A DNA stretch of 64,000 bases from Collinsella aerofaciens (GTDB taxonomy: Bacteria > Actinomycetota > Coriobacteriia > Coriobacteriales > Coriobacteriaceae): assembly GCA_047014445.1 (NCBI GenBank), contig JBKXPS010000002.1, positions 88,505-152,504 on the forward strand, read 5' to 3'. Below, piece after piece: positions 49,451-59,863 of the stretch. A model generated the notes under the pieces. That model was not told where the DNA came from and ran no database searches. It saw nothing but the letters and a program-made list of their open reading frames with translations. Every line of letters starts with the position of its first letter. Position 1 is the stretch's first letter. The position numbers and the translations under genes are program-made.

Positions 49451-50014
49451 TCACGACCCCTCCTTTGAGTTCGATGCCTGCGGGCTCAGGCGGATCACGC
49501 GCAGGCGGCACGAGGCATCGCCGGCATCCGCGGCAACCGTCACCATATCGACCCAGCCGCGCCCATCGCGTACAATGGCGCCCCATACGTTGCCCTTAAT
49601 ATCGAGATAGCCGCTCAGGGCGAGCTGGGCCGTTGGCACCTCGCGGTAGGCGCGTAACATATCCGCCGCTGCCTCGGTCATCGGTCGGTCCTCGGACCAT
49701 GCAAGCCGGACCGCAATCGCGTTGTCCTCAGGCGAATCCGTCGCAGTGCCAGACCGCTTGTCGAGCGTCCGCAGAAAGGTTTGCGCCGTGACAGCGACAT
49801 CCGAATCGTCCGCATCTCGCATCTCATCTTTTTGAGACGCCACCGCCGAATCTGAGCCCGAATCGAAGGCGGCCCCAGGACGCTGCTGCCGCGCGGCGTT
49901 AAGCCCCCAAAGCACCGCCGCTATCGCCACGGTCAGGCAAGCAAACACCAGCAGCACCCCGATGGGGCGCTCGCCCTCTACAGGCTGTTGATGCCCTCGC
50001 TGATAGCGTTCCAT
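49451..50014 (-). CDS. Hypothetical membrane-anchored protein in the tad locus
   Basis: N-terminal TM segment; fills the gap between pilin genes; start uncertain. Confidence 0.7.
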   Translation of the reverse strand: MERYQRGHQQPVEGERPIGVLLVFACLTVAIAAVLWGLNAARQQRPGAAFDSGSDSAVASQKDEMRDADDSDVAVTAQTFLRTLDKRSGTATDSPEDNAIAVRLAWSEDRPMTEAAADMLRAYREVPTAQLALSGYLDIKGNVWGAIVRDGRGWVDMVTVAADAGDASCRLRVIRLSPQASNSKEGS

Positions 50015-50211
50015 AGATCTTGGACCTTGCCTTTAAATGCAACGATGGCAATAATCGCGATCACCACGAGCACGCCGACCAAGATGGCGTACTCGGTGGT
50101 ACCCTGCGCGCTCTCCTCCCGCAACAGCTCCTTGGCATGCTGGCGAGCGCGGATCGCCCGGCAAAAAGCCCAGTTCCAAGCCTTGTCAGCAACTTCGACC
50201 ATCGTGTTCAT
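49978..50211 (-). CDS. flp: Flp family type IVb major pilin
   Basis: EESAQGTTEYAILVGVLVVIAIIAIVAF, short protein. Confidence 0.85.
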   Translation of the reverse strand: MNTMVEVADKAWNWAFCRAIRARQHAKELLREESAQGTTEYAILVGVLVVIAIIAIVAFKGKVQDLWNAISEGINSL

Positions 50212-50221
50212 GTATTCCTCC

Positions 50222-50863
50222 CTACATCATCCCGCCTGCTCCCAGCAGCGGGCCCAATATGGACAGAAGCAACGCCGGCAAGATGAGCGTGCCGGTGGGA
50301 ATCAGCAGCTTGACGGGCGCACGCTCAATCTCGCGCTCGACCGCGGCGCGATGAGCCGCACGGATCTCGCGACTTTGAGCGGCCAGCGTCTCGGCAAGTG
50401 GGGCACCCAGGGCGAGTGCCTGCCCCACCGTAATGGCAAAGGTCTCGAGCGCTCGCACGTCCAGGTCGCGCGCGGCGGCCAACAACTCGTCCTCACGCGT
50501 GCCCACGCCCACCTGCCACGCCATGCAGGCCCGCTCAAGGCGAAGAGCCAGCACTGACCGGCGGTTGGCGCAGAAAATCTCAAGCGCCGCATCAAACGAA
50601 AGACCGGCCGAAAGACCCAAGCGCACAACATCGATCATCTCGGACACTTCGCCGAGCGAAACTCGCGCCGGGCCGCCCGCTCCAACCGCGCCCTTCACTC
50701 GCGCGGTCAGGGCATCGACCACCGAGCGACCCGCGGCAGCGACCAGCACCGCCTCGCGCTTGCAGGCCCCTGCGATCTTGCGCGCGTCCGCCCGATCCAA
50801 ACCCGTCGCGACAAATACACTCAGGGCGCACAGGCAAGCCGCAACTGCAACCGGGGCGCTCAT
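50222..50863 (-). CDS. tadC: TadC-like (T2SS F family) protein
   Basis: LSAGLSFDAAL, GAPLAETL and APVKLLIP..LILPA motifs. Confidence 0.85.
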   Translation of the reverse strand: MSAPVAVAACLCALSVFVATGLDRADARKIAGACKREAVLVAAAGRSVVDALTARVKGAVGAGGPARVSLGEVSEMIDVVRLGLSAGLSFDAALEIFCANRRSVLALRLERACMAWQVGVGTREDELLAAARDLDVRALETFAITVGQALALGAPLAETLAAQSREIRAAHRAAVEREIERAPVKLLIPTGTLILPALLLSILGPLLGAGGMM

Positions 50864-51786
50864 AGCTCCACCCGCATAATGCGCCGGATAACCACCAGGG
50901 CAACGGCGTTGAGGGCAAGACCCAGCACCACAGCGCCCGCGCCGGCAGGTGTCGCAAGACCGCGACGAAAATCTGCCGAAAGCAGCGCCAACACCGCGCA
51001 CATGCCCGCCGGCATCGCCGCGACCATATGCGCAGACATGCGAGCCTGCGACGTCTTGACATCCAGGCGGCGCTTGAGCTCAATGCGCTCCCCCACCATG
51101 CTCGACGCCTCGGACAGTAAGTCGGCAAGCGGAGCGCCGGTGCGCTGAGACACCTTAAGCGCCAAGGTCACAAGCGAAAGGCCGGGGGCGTCGATGCGCA
51201 CGAGCAAGTCATCGAGCGCGTCGGTCGCCGAGATGCCGCAATCGATTGCCGCCGCCACCCGCAAAAACTCGGTATGCACCGGTTCTTGCGCATGAGCGCC
51301 CACAAAGCGCATGCCCTGGGCCAGCGAATGTCCCGAGGCAAGCGACATGGAAAGTGCGGTAAACGCCTCGGGCATGGCCTCTTCTGCATCGTGTTGCTCG
51401 CGCCGGCTCTCAAAGCCATCCCGGGCGGCGCCAACGGCAATCGGAGCAACAAGTCCCAAGGCAAATCCGAAGGGCGATAACGACACCATCGTTAGCAAAA
51501 CGCAGCAGACACCGCTCGATAGCAGCAGAAACGCCAAACGCTCCGAAGCATCCTCGATCACGAGGCCAAGGCGACGCGCCGGAGCCAGCGATGCCCACGA
51601 ACGGGCGATCTTTTTCAGCAGATCGTTTTCCACCAGCTCACGCGGCAGCTTCTCTGCCACCGTCTCGAACGCCTGACGCGCCAGCTCCGCCGGCGGCACC
51701 TGCGGCACACGAGGTTCCGCCCCGCACGCCGTCGCGACAGAAAACCCTGCCAAACCCCCTACGACGAGGGGCACAGCGACCTCCAT
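50860..51786 (-). CDS. tadB: TadB-like (T2SS F family) protein
   Basis: MPEAF..LASGHSL, QRTGAPLADLL and TSQARMSA motifs. Confidence 0.85.
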   Translation of the reverse strand: MEVAVPLVVGGLAGFSVATACGAEPRVPQVPPAELARQAFETVAEKLPRELVENDLLKKIARSWASLAPARRLGLVIEDASERLAFLLLSSGVCCVLLTMVSLSPFGFALGLVAPIAVGAARDGFESRREQHDAEEAMPEAFTALSMSLASGHSLAQGMRFVGAHAQEPVHTEFLRVAAAIDCGISATDALDDLLVRIDAPGLSLVTLALKVSQRTGAPLADLLSEASSMVGERIELKRRLDVKTSQARMSAHMVAAMPAGMCAVLALLSADFRRGLATPAGAGAVVLGLALNAVALVVIRRIMRVEL

Positions 51787-53087
51787 TCGTCCACCTCCTC
51801 TTGTGTGAGCGTCCCCGACCGCAGGCCTTCTGCGATAAACGGCGGCTCGCGGTCAAGCGTCCAGGTGCGCTCGGCGGCATCGAAAGTCACATAGCGCTCG
51901 AGCTCTACGCCGCCCGACGCGGCGCGACGCACCCCCGAATACGAGGAGACGAAGCGCCTGCCATCGGCGTGGCGCTCGGACATCACGATGCCGTCGAGCG
52001 CCATGGCAATCTGCTCCTCGATGAGCTCGCTCGGCAGATCGATGCCATAACGTGCAAGCAACGTCAGACGCACCACGGTCTCCTGCTCGGAACCCGCATG
52101 AAGTGTGGTGAGCGACCCGTCATGGCCCGTGTTCATGGCCTGCAACATGTCGCAGCACTCGGCACCGCGCACCTCGCCCACCACGATGCGGTCGGGGCGC
52201 ATGCGCAGGGCATTGGTCACCAGGTCGCGGATCGTCACCGCGCCCTCGCCCTCAATTGAAGCCTCGCGCGCCTCTAGGCGCACCACGTGCGGATGATGCG
52301 CAAACTTGAGCTCGGCAGAGTCCTCGATCGTCACGATGCGCTCGCCGGTGGAGATCTCGCATGACAACGCGTTGAGCAGGGTGGTCTTACCAGATCCCGT
52401 GCCTCCCGCAACCGCCAGGTCCTGTCGCAGCGACACCGCGCACGACAGCAGCTGCGCATACCAAAGCGGCAGCGACCCCAGCCCCACAAGCTCGTCCAGC
52501 GAGCAGATGCGGTCCGAGAACTTTCGGATGGTGAGAATCGGTCCGTCAATCGCCACAGGCGGAATCACCGCGTTGACGCGATAGCCCGTTTTGAGGCGGG
52601 CGTTGACGATGGGGCTGCGCTCGTCGATACGGCGGCCAAGTGGCGAGATGATGCGGTCGATAAGCACACGGATCTGCTCATCATCCTCAAACGCATGCTC
52701 GATGGGGTGCAAGACGCCGCCGCGTTCAAAGAAAGCCGAACGGCAGCCGTTAATCATGATCTCGGTAACGGTGTCGTCCTCGATGAGCGGCTGCAACGGC
52801 CCCAAGCCCACCACGTCATCCAAAATCTCGTCGATGATGGTCTCGCGCTCGGACGTCGCGAGATCAGTCGGCTCCTCAACATTGAGCGCCGCCTCCACCG
52901 CGGGACGCAATTCCGAGCGGGCAAGTGCCGGGTCGATATAGGCGCTGATACGCGCCACTTCGTCGTAACCCATGCGGTCCATCACGGCGCGCTTGGTGCG
53001 TCGTTTCACCGCGCGGCGGCGCCCCGCATCTACAGGCGCTGCCGCCGCTGCAGCGCCGGCAGCCTTAATCCTCGTTTGCAGGCTCAT
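51759..53087 (-). CDS. tadA: TadA/CpaF pilus assembly ATPase
   Basis: [37 protein letters not shown] and AMNTGHDGS motifs. Confidence 0.95.
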   Translation of the reverse strand: MSLQTRIKAAGAAAAAAPVDAGRRRAVKRRTKRAVMDRMGYDEVARISAYIDPALARSELRPAVEAALNVEEPTDLATSERETIIDEILDDVVGLGPLQPLIEDDTVTEIMINGCRSAFFERGGVLHPIEHAFEDDEQIRVLIDRIISPLGRRIDERSPIVNARLKTGYRVNAVIPPVAIDGPILTIRKFSDRICSLDELVGLGSLPLWYAQLLSCAVSLRQDLAVAGGTGSGKTTLLNALSCEISTGERIVTIEDSAELKFAHHPHVVRLEAREASIEGEGAVTIRDLVTNALRMRPDRIVVGEVRGAECCDMLQAMNTGHDGSLTTLHAGSEQETVVRLTLLARYGIDLPSELIEEQIAMALDGIVMSERHADGRRFVSSYSGVRRAASGGVELERYVTFDAAERTWTLDREPPFIAEGLRSGTLTQEEVDEWRSLCPSS

Positions 53088-54736
53088 CGCTGATCACCCT
53101 CGCGCGACCAGGGAAGGCGGATACGCGGGCGTTCGGTGCGCATTGCACGGTCGGCGACCATATCGCCCCAAGGGCCGACGGCGCACCCCAGTTCCACGAG
53201 CATCTCGCGCGTGGCCTCGCGCACGCTGGTCGCAAAAGCGCTGGTCTGCCCCACTGCCTCGTCAGCGCGCCCAAACGCCATGAGCGCGGCGAGATCCTGC
53301 CCGCCATCGGCGATACGAATCTTGGAGCTCAACGCACAGGCAATCTCAAAGCGCATGGCAACATCCTCGTCTGCCCCGCGCGCACCGAACCGGTTGAACA
53401 CGGCGCTCATGCGCGTGCGCGGCACACCTACTCGACTTGCCAGTTCAATGACGCGCGACGCCGATGTCGCGGACGACACCGCCGCATCGCCAACGACCAG
53501 GCAACGGTCGCTCGCCGCCACCGCAGCCGCCACGGCGTCGCCCCAAAAGACCGAGGTATCGATAAAGACCACGTCGGATTCGCGACGCAGGACATCAAGC
53601 AGTAGCTCCACCGGACGTGCCATGAGCTCGGCTTGCTCGGGCGCCGCGACGGGACCCCAGAGCGTAACGCCCGGCGCCACGCGCATCGATGCGGCTACGA
53701 TATCCGGCTCGGTGAGCGCGCCCGCCGCCGACGGCTCGATAAGTGCCGCCATATCGCGCGGAGCATCGACGCCTAACAAGTCGTAAAGGTTTCCAAACAT
53801 CAGGTCCAGGTCGAGCACGGCGGCACGCAAGCCCAACAGCGACGATGTGTGTGCCATGGTGGCAACGATCGTCGACTTGCCGCAACCGCCCGAGCCCGAA
53901 ATGGCGCAGATGACCGGAGCTCGATGCGGCGAAGCGGCAGCGTCTGCCGGCGGCATCGGAGGCGGCGGGGCGGGCGTCGGTGACAGCGTCCCCGTCTCCT
54001 CCGCCGCAACCACACGCTGCGTCCAAGCCGGCATGGCAGCTTGTTCGGTCTGCGAGGCAGGCTCGTTCTGTGCAATCTGCTCATGCTGCATCAGCGACAA
54101 CTCGCCGCACCCGGCAAAGCCCTCAACTTCGTCGAGTTCATCCACCAGATTCACGCCGTGCACGTATCCCATATCTACAGCCGGGGAATCGCCAGCATGC
54201 TGCGCCGGCCCTCCAGCGTCATCGTATACAAGGGGGTTCCGGGGGCGCCGACCATGCTCGGCTTCCGCTTTTCCATAATCATCAACACACGGGCCTCTTG
54301 TAGCGCGAGGCGCCCCGGGTTCCCTATCAACAAAAGCATCGGGCTCAATCGTCATGCGCCGATCGGAATCAACCGCTCCCTCGCCCGCGCACCCGTTGCC
54401 GCATATACTGTGCGCAGCGATGACCTCGGTCGCCCCTGCGCGAAACAGCCCCTCGATATCCGACGGATCGAGTGCTTCTATCAACACGACCACGCGACTC
54501 ACGCGGCCTTCGGCCGTCAGGCGCGCAACAGTCTTGCGCACATCTTCGGTATCAAACAGAGACGCCGCGATGATGGCAGCCCCGCGGCGCGACGGAAACG
54601 CCCGAGCCATGGAAACCAGCCCGTCCAGGTCACCTACGCGAAGCACCTGTGCACCCGCATCACGGCCCTCGACTTCCCGCTGCAACAGCCCGTAATCGCC
54701 GCACGCGCAGCACGCAAGCCAGATCGCCTTCATCAC
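53084..54736 (-). CDS. TadZ/CpaE-like P-loop protein with degenerate receiver domain
   Basis: SGSGGCGKST and LDLDLMFG motifs; long low-complexity linker. Confidence 0.85.
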   Translation of the reverse strand: MMKAIWLACCACGDYGLLQREVEGRDAGAQVLRVGDLDGLVSMARAFPSRRGAAIIAASLFDTEDVRKTVARLTAEGRVSRVVVLIEALDPSDIEGLFRAGATEVIAAHSICGNGCAGEGAVDSDRRMTIEPDAFVDREPGAPRATRGPCVDDYGKAEAEHGRRPRNPLVYDDAGGPAQHAGDSPAVDMGYVHGVNLVDELDEVEGFAGCGELSLMQHEQIAQNEPASQTEQAAMPAWTQRVVAAEETGTLSPTPAPPPPMPPADAAASPHRAPVICAISGSGGCGKSTIVATMAHTSSLLGLRAAVLDLDLMFGNLYDLLGVDAPRDMAALIEPSAAGALTEPDIVAASMRVAPGVTLWGPVAAPEQAELMARPVELLLDVLRRESDVVFIDTSVFWGDAVAAAVAASDRCLVVGDAAVSSATSASRVIELASRVGVPRTRMSAVFNRFGARGADEDVAMRFEIACALSSKIRIADGGQDLAALMAFGRADEAVGQTSAFATSVREATREMLVELGCAVGPWGDMVADRAMRTERPRIRLPWSREGDQR

Positions 54737-55392
54737 TTGTCGCCTCCGCTCTTTTTGCCGCGCGCCGTGGCGGGAATCGTCAAGCTGACCGTTCCCTTGC
54801 CCGAGGCTCCCAGCAGTTCCTTGACGTCTTCGGGGTCAGCCGCCAGCGTCACCCATTCGATCTTGCCCTCGCGCGTGGCACCGGAATCCTCACTGGTATC
54901 GATCACGTACGCGCCGCACAGTCGATCGGTTACGCCGTCTTTTTGCACATACACATCCACGTAGCTGCCCACGCCCGCAGCACCGCCGACCGAGTGCTCG
55001 GCATCGACCGCCACCGAAACGGCGACTTTGCCCTTAGGCACCTCGAGCTTGTGGCTCTCGGCCTTGGTGTAGACATTGCAGATCACGGCGTTTTTGGGAA
55101 TACGCGAAGTCGTCACGTCGCCGCGCACCTGGCGCAGCTCGGTCGCCGCGTCACGCGGCAGCAGACTCGTCAGCCATTCTTGGGTTATGACATTGGTCTC
55201 ATCGAGGGTCTCGCCCACATCGATATCACGCGCCGCGACGCATACCTCGACGCGATCGCCACCGTACTTGGCCAAGGTCTCAGCCTGGACCTGTTCGGCT
55301 TGCGAGCGGATCGACGAGCCGTAAACCATGCAGAGCAGAGCAGCGAGCACGCCCGCGACCAGACTGATGGCGATGCGCTTGCTCTTGTTCAC
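54733..55392 (-). CDS. cpaB: CpaB/RcpC (SAF domain) pilus assembly protein
   Basis: TM segment; VAARDIDVGE, VPKGKVAVSV and GSYVDVY motifs. Confidence 0.85.
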   Translation of the reverse strand: MNKSKRIAISLVAGVLAALLCMVYGSSIRSQAEQVQAETLAKYGGDRVEVCVAARDIDVGETLDETNVITQEWLTSLLPRDAATELRQVRGDVTTSRIPKNAVICNVYTKAESHKLEVPKGKVAVSVAVDAEHSVGGAAGVGSYVDVYVQKDGVTDRLCGAYVIDTSEDSGATREGKIEWVTLAADPEDVKELLGASGKGTVSLTIPATARGKKSGGDK

Positions 55393-55644
55393 GGCCGCTC
55401 CTCTCATGGCAGTGCCGGGCGAATGCCCGTACCACCATTGTCTGGGCGGTCAGAGCGCAAAGCGGCGCAATCGCGATCTTGGTTTTCGATGTCAAACCAA
55501 TCGCTGACCAAAAACTAACCAGCCCGTCAAGCTCGTGGCAAGGTTTTGGTCAGCACGTCAGCAAACTGCATGCTTCGAGGCTTTTCCGCAGCAAAAAAGC
55601 CGTCTCCCGAACAGTTGGGAGACGGCTGTCATAGGAAAAATCAA

Positions 55645-56829
55645 TTACAGATGGACATCGGGATCGAGCATTTGGGCGCTCACGCGCATGGATGACGCCA
55701 GGTTTTGGAACGTTTCCAGACGCAGGCTGTCGATCTGCCCGGCGTCCTCGGCCTCGCGAACGGCGCAACCCGGCTCATGGGTATGCGTGCAATCGCCAAA
55801 TCGGCACGCGCGCGATGCCTCGACAATCTCGGGGAAGGCGCGCGCCAGACCCCGCTCGTGACCCACGAGCGGTAGGCTGCGCAGGCCCGGGGCATCGGCG
55901 ATCACGCCGGCGTCGCCCGGCAGTGCCACCATCACGCGCGCAACGGTAGTGTGACGGCCCTGGTCGTCGCGTTCGCGCACACCGCCAGTCGCCAACGTAT
56001 CGTGGCCCAGCAGCGCATTGAGCAGCGTCGACTTGCCGGCACCCGACTCGCCCAGAATCATGGCGCAGCTCCCGGCAGGCACGCAGGAACGGACCTCGTC
56101 CAGGCCGCGCCCCTCGGCAGAGGACGTCACGATCACGCGCACGTCCGGACCCACCAGGCGGCGCACGCGATCCAGATCGCACTCGAGCTCCTCGGCATCG
56201 CAGCGGTCAGCTTTGGTGAGCACCACCACCGGCTCGGCATCGCAGTCGAGCGCCAACACCAGCGAGCGCGCCACGCGGTCGAGCAGCACCTCGCCGGCAC
56301 CGAGCGCCTGCACGATTAGCACGCTATCCACGTTGGAGCAGAGCACCTGGCGCTCTCCGCGGGCACGGCCGCGCCAACGCTCAAAGCTCGTACGGCGCGG
56401 CAGCACGCACTCAATCACGCCCATATCGTGCCCGGGAGCGCGGCGCACCGCCACACGGTCTCCCACGGCAGGCAGCAGGACCTCATCCTCGCCGCGCGAT
56501 TTGGCAAACCCCACGGCATGCTCGGCGCGAAAGGTGTCGTCGGCAGTCGCCACCAGCGGAAACCCGCGATCCAAGCGCACCACGGCGCCAAGCCGCATCT
56601 GCTCGGGCTCCTCGGTATGTGTGCAGAAATCATCAAAGGCAGTCTGCTGGGTTTCATCGACCGGCAGGTCATCAAACGCCGGAACGTCCTGCAGCGCGTC
56701 AAGTCCCGGCACGCTTGCCAGCAGCTCCTCGGCAGACGCGGGGGCCTCGGTCGCAAGCTTCCGACGACGATCGCGCTTAGCCCGCGCCCCCGTCGTCTTT
56801 TTCTTCGCCTTAGCCTTAGCCTTGCCCAC
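55645..56829 (-). CDS. rsgA: Ribosome small subunit-dependent GTPase A
   Basis: TKAD, GESGAGKSTLLN, GRHTT, DAPG and CRFGDCTHTHEPGC motifs. Confidence 0.95.
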   Translation of the reverse strand: MGKAKAKAKKKTTGARAKRDRRRKLATEAPASAEELLASVPGLDALQDVPAFDDLPVDETQQTAFDDFCTHTEEPEQMRLGAVVRLDRGFPLVATADDTFRAEHAVGFAKSRGEDEVLLPAVGDRVAVRRAPGHDMGVIECVLPRRTSFERWRGRARGERQVLCSNVDSVLIVQALGAGEVLLDRVARSLVLALDCDAEPVVVLTKADRCDAEELECDLDRVRRLVGPDVRVIVTSSAEGRGLDEVRSCVPAGSCAMILGESGAGKSTLLNALLGHDTLATGGVRERDDQGRHTTVARVMVALPGDAGVIADAPGLRSLPLVGHERGLARAFPEIVEASRACRFGDCTHTHEPGCAVREAEDAGQIDSLRLETFQNLASSMRVSAQMLDPDVHL

Positions 56830-56935
56830 AAACGCCTCCCAGCACCCAAAATCACAACTGAGCAGGTATTTTACCCATAAAAAAGAGTCGGTCGAGCAAC
56901 TGCTCGACCGACTCACACACTTTCCCTCAGCTCAT

Positions 56936-57070
56936 GGTCCCGAGAGGTTATCCGAAGGCCCGACGCCGGGAGGGGTTTCTTCTGAGCGATCCCGCAGCGC
57001 GAAGCGCGAGGACCAGCGAAGAAGAAACCCTGCAGGCGGTCGGGCCGGTGGGAAGGATGACCTTTCGACC
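56936..57070. repeat. Long branched palindrome downstream of the P-type ATPase
   Basis: Nested stems GAGAGGTTATCC/GGATGACCTTTC, GGCCCGAC/GTCGGGCC and GGGTTTCTTCT/AGAAGAAACCC, with apex CGC-GAA-GCG. Confidence 0.7.
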
Positions 57071-59751
57071 TACTCCTTCTCGACCGCGCGCATGATCGCC
57101 TTGTAGATCTCCATCAGCGGGATGATCAGGAAGGCTAGACCCAGCGCGGCAAGAACGCCCTTGAGCTCAAGCGTCACGGGGCCAAAGAACATCTCGGCAA
57201 GCGTCGGCTGAACGGTCACGATAACCGTCAGTACCAGCGCCAGCGCGGCGGAAGCCCACAGCCACTTGTTCTGCTTCTTCATGGTGAACAGCGACGCACG
57301 ACGGCTGCGCATATTGAAGCAGTGGAAAATCTCGACCATGTTGAGCGTGATGAACGCCATCATCACGCCTTCCTCGTCGGCATTGCCGGCGATCATATCG
57401 GCGATGTGGATGTAGCCCATGTCAAAGTACACGCCCACAAAGAAGCTCGCCAGCACCAGCACGGTGATGATTAGGCCCTGGACCACACAGTCCAGGCCCA
57501 TATTGCCGGCAAAGACACCGTCCTTGGCGTTGCGCGGCTTGCGCTTCATAATGTCGCCCTCGGCGTCCTCCATGCCCAGCGCGAGCGCGGGGAAACAGTC
57601 GGTAACCAGGTTCACCCACAGCAGCTGCACCGGCTGGAAGATGGTAAAGCCGATGAGCGTGGCGATAAACACCGAGAAGACCTCGGCAAGGTTGGCCGAA
57701 AGCAGGAACTGGATGACCTTGCGGATGTTGTCGTAGATGCGACGGCCCTCTTCGCAGGCACCGATGATGGTGGCGAAGTTGTCGTCGGCAAGCACCATGT
57801 CGGCGACGTTCTTGGTGACATCGGTACCGGTGATGCCCATGCCCACGCCGATGTCGGCGCGCTTGATGGACGGGGCGTCGTTGACGCCGTCGCCCGTCAT
57901 GGCCACGATCTGGTCGCGCGACTTCCAAGCCTCGACGATGCGGGTCTTGTGCTCGGGCTGGACGCGGGCGTACACGCCGTAGTCCTCGATGTGCGCGTCG
58001 AGCTCCTCTTCGCTCATGCGATCGAGGTCGGCACCGGTGATGGCCTGGCTGCGATCGGTGACGATGCCCAGCTGCTTGGCAATGGCCACGGCGGTGTCGA
58101 TATGGTCGCCCGTAATCATGACGGTGCGGATACCGGCGTCGTGCGCCTCGCGGATGGCGTCGGCGACCTCGGGGCGGACCGGGTCAATCATGCCGGACAG
58201 GCCGCAGAAGACCAGGTCGTGCTCGAGCGCAGCGGGGCTGCAGTCGCTCGGGACCTCGGTGTAGGTGCGGCTTGCCAGCGCCAGCACGCGCAGGGCCTCG
58301 TCGGCCATGGCCTTGTTGGCGGCCACGAGCTCGGCGCGACGCTCCTCGGTCAGCGGAACGACCTTGTCGCCGTCGTAGATATGGGTGCACAGGCCGATCA
58401 CCACGTCGGGCGCGCCCTTGGTGTACTGCTCATACTCGCCGTCCAGGGTCTCGACGACCACGGACATCATCTTACGGCCCGAGTCGAACGGGGCCTCGCC
58501 CACGCGCGGGTGCTCGGCAGTCAGGCCAGTGAGGCCCGCCTTGCCGGCGTCGTTGACGAGCGCGCACTCAGTCGGCTCGCCCACGGCCTCGCCCAGCTCC
58601 TCGTCCCACTGGGCATCGGAGCACAGAGCCATGCCGGCCAGGAACTTCTCCTTAGGCGCGGCGAGCTCGTGCTTGACGACGGTCATCTTGTTTTGGGTAA
58701 GGGTACCGGTCTTGTCGGAGCAGATGGTCTGCGTGCAGCCGAGAGTCTCGACGGCAGAGAGCTTGCGGATGATTGCCTGACGCTTGGCCATCTTGGTCAC
58801 GCCAAGCGACAGCACGATGGTCACGACGGCGACCAGGCCCTCGGGGATGGCAGCGACGGCAAGCGAGACGGCGACCATAAAGGTATCGAGCAGGGCGGTC
58901 GGGTCGGTAAGAACGTTGCCCACGCCGTGGCGGATGATATCGACGCCAAAGATAACGACGCAGATGACGATAACCATGATGGTGAGGATGCGGCTGAGCT
59001 CGGCAAGCTTCACCTGCAGCGGCGTGAGCTCTTCCTTGGCCTCGGCCAGGGCGCCGGCGATCTTACCCATCTCGGTGTTCATGCCGGTGCCGACCACGAC
59101 GGCGCGGCCGCGGCCGTATACCACGGTGGAACCCATGTAGCACATGTTCTTGCGGTCGCCGAGCGGCACGTCATCGGTGCCCGCGGCAAGCTCAATCACG
59201 TCGGCGTGCTTCTCTACGGGCACCGACTCGCCGGTGAGTGCGGCCTCTTCGATCTTCATCGTGGCGCTCTCGAGCACACGGCAGTCGGCCGGGACGGAGT
59301 CGCCCGCCTCGAGCATGATAACGTCGCCGGGCACGAGCTCAGCGCTCGGCAGGTGCACGAGCTTGCCGTCGCGCAACACCTTGGACTGCGCCGCGCTCAT
59401 CTCCTGCAGGGCCTCGAGGGCCTCCTCGCTCTTGGCTTCCTGGACCACGCCCAGCACCGAGTTGACGATAACGACGAACATGATGATGGCGACATCGGCA
59501 AAGTCCGCCTCGCCCTTGACCATGCCCGTGAGTGCACTGATGACGGCGGCAACGATCAGCATGATGACCATGGGGTCGGCCATCTGCTCAAAGAAGCGCT
59601 TCCATAGCGGCGTCTTCTCGGCTTCCTCAAGCTTGTTAGGGCCTGTCTTGGCGAGGCGCGACGACGCCTCGTCGCTGCTCAGGCCGAGGTTCTCATCGAC
59701 ACCTTGGTCGCTGAGTACCTCCGCCGCGGCGGACAGGTATTCCTTTTGCAT
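57070..59751 (-). CDS. Cation-translocating P-type ATPase (P2A, Ca2+-type)
   Basis: TGES, IPEGL, DKTGTLT, KGAP and MTGDGVNDAP motifs. Confidence 0.95.
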   Translation of the reverse strand: MQKEYLSAAAEVLSDQGVDENLGLSSDEASSRLAKTGPNKLEEAEKTPLWKRFFEQMADPMVIMLIVAAVISALTGMVKGEADFADVAIIMFVVIVNSVLGVVQEAKSEEALEALQEMSAAQSKVLRDGKLVHLPSAELVPGDVIMLEAGDSVPADCRVLESATMKIEEAALTGESVPVEKHADVIELAAGTDDVPLGDRKNMCYMGSTVVYGRGRAVVVGTGMNTEMGKIAGALAEAKEELTPLQVKLAELSRILTIMVIVICVVIFGVDIIRHGVGNVLTDPTALLDTFMVAVSLAVAAIPEGLVAVVTIVLSLGVTKMAKRQAIIRKLSAVETLGCTQTICSDKTGTLTQNKMTVVKHELAAPKEKFLAGMALCSDAQWDEELGEAVGEPTECALVNDAGKAGLTGLTAEHPRVGEAPFDSGRKMMSVVVETLDGEYEQYTKGAPDVVIGLCTHIYDGDKVVPLTEERRAELVAANKAMADEALRVLALASRTYTEVPSDCSPAALEHDLVFCGLSGMIDPVRPEVADAIREAHDAGIRTVMITGDHIDTAVAIAKQLGIVTDRSQAITGADLDRMSEEELDAHIEDYGVYARVQPEHKTRIVEAWKSRDQIVAMTGDGVNDAPSIKRADIGVGMGITGTDVTKNVADMVLADDNFATIIGACEEGRRIYDNIRKVIQFLLSANLAEVFSVFIATLIGFTIFQPVQLLWVNLVTDCFPALALGMEDAEGDIMKRKPRNAKDGVFAGNMGLDCVVQGLIITVLVLASFFVGVYFDMGYIHIADMIAGNADEEGVMMAFITLNMVEIFHCFNMRSRRASLFTMKKQNKWLWASAALALVLTVIVTVQPTLAEMFFGPVTLELKGVLAALGLAFLIIPLMEIYKAIMRAVEKE

Positions 59752-59759
59752 ATAGAGTC

Positions 59760-59863
59760 CCCTCCTGGGATTCGGGCCACTCAGCAGATTGATGCCCGAT
59801 CATAATTCCCAGGAGAAGGGCAAGGGCTCATCAAGGCTGCCGTGCTGAGCGGCAGTTGATAGT
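59760..59863 (-). promoter_or_regulatory. Structured 5' leader, riboswitch-like candidate
   Basis: Two hairpins with complementary loops; the second hairpin sequesters the SD sequence. Confidence 0.5.
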
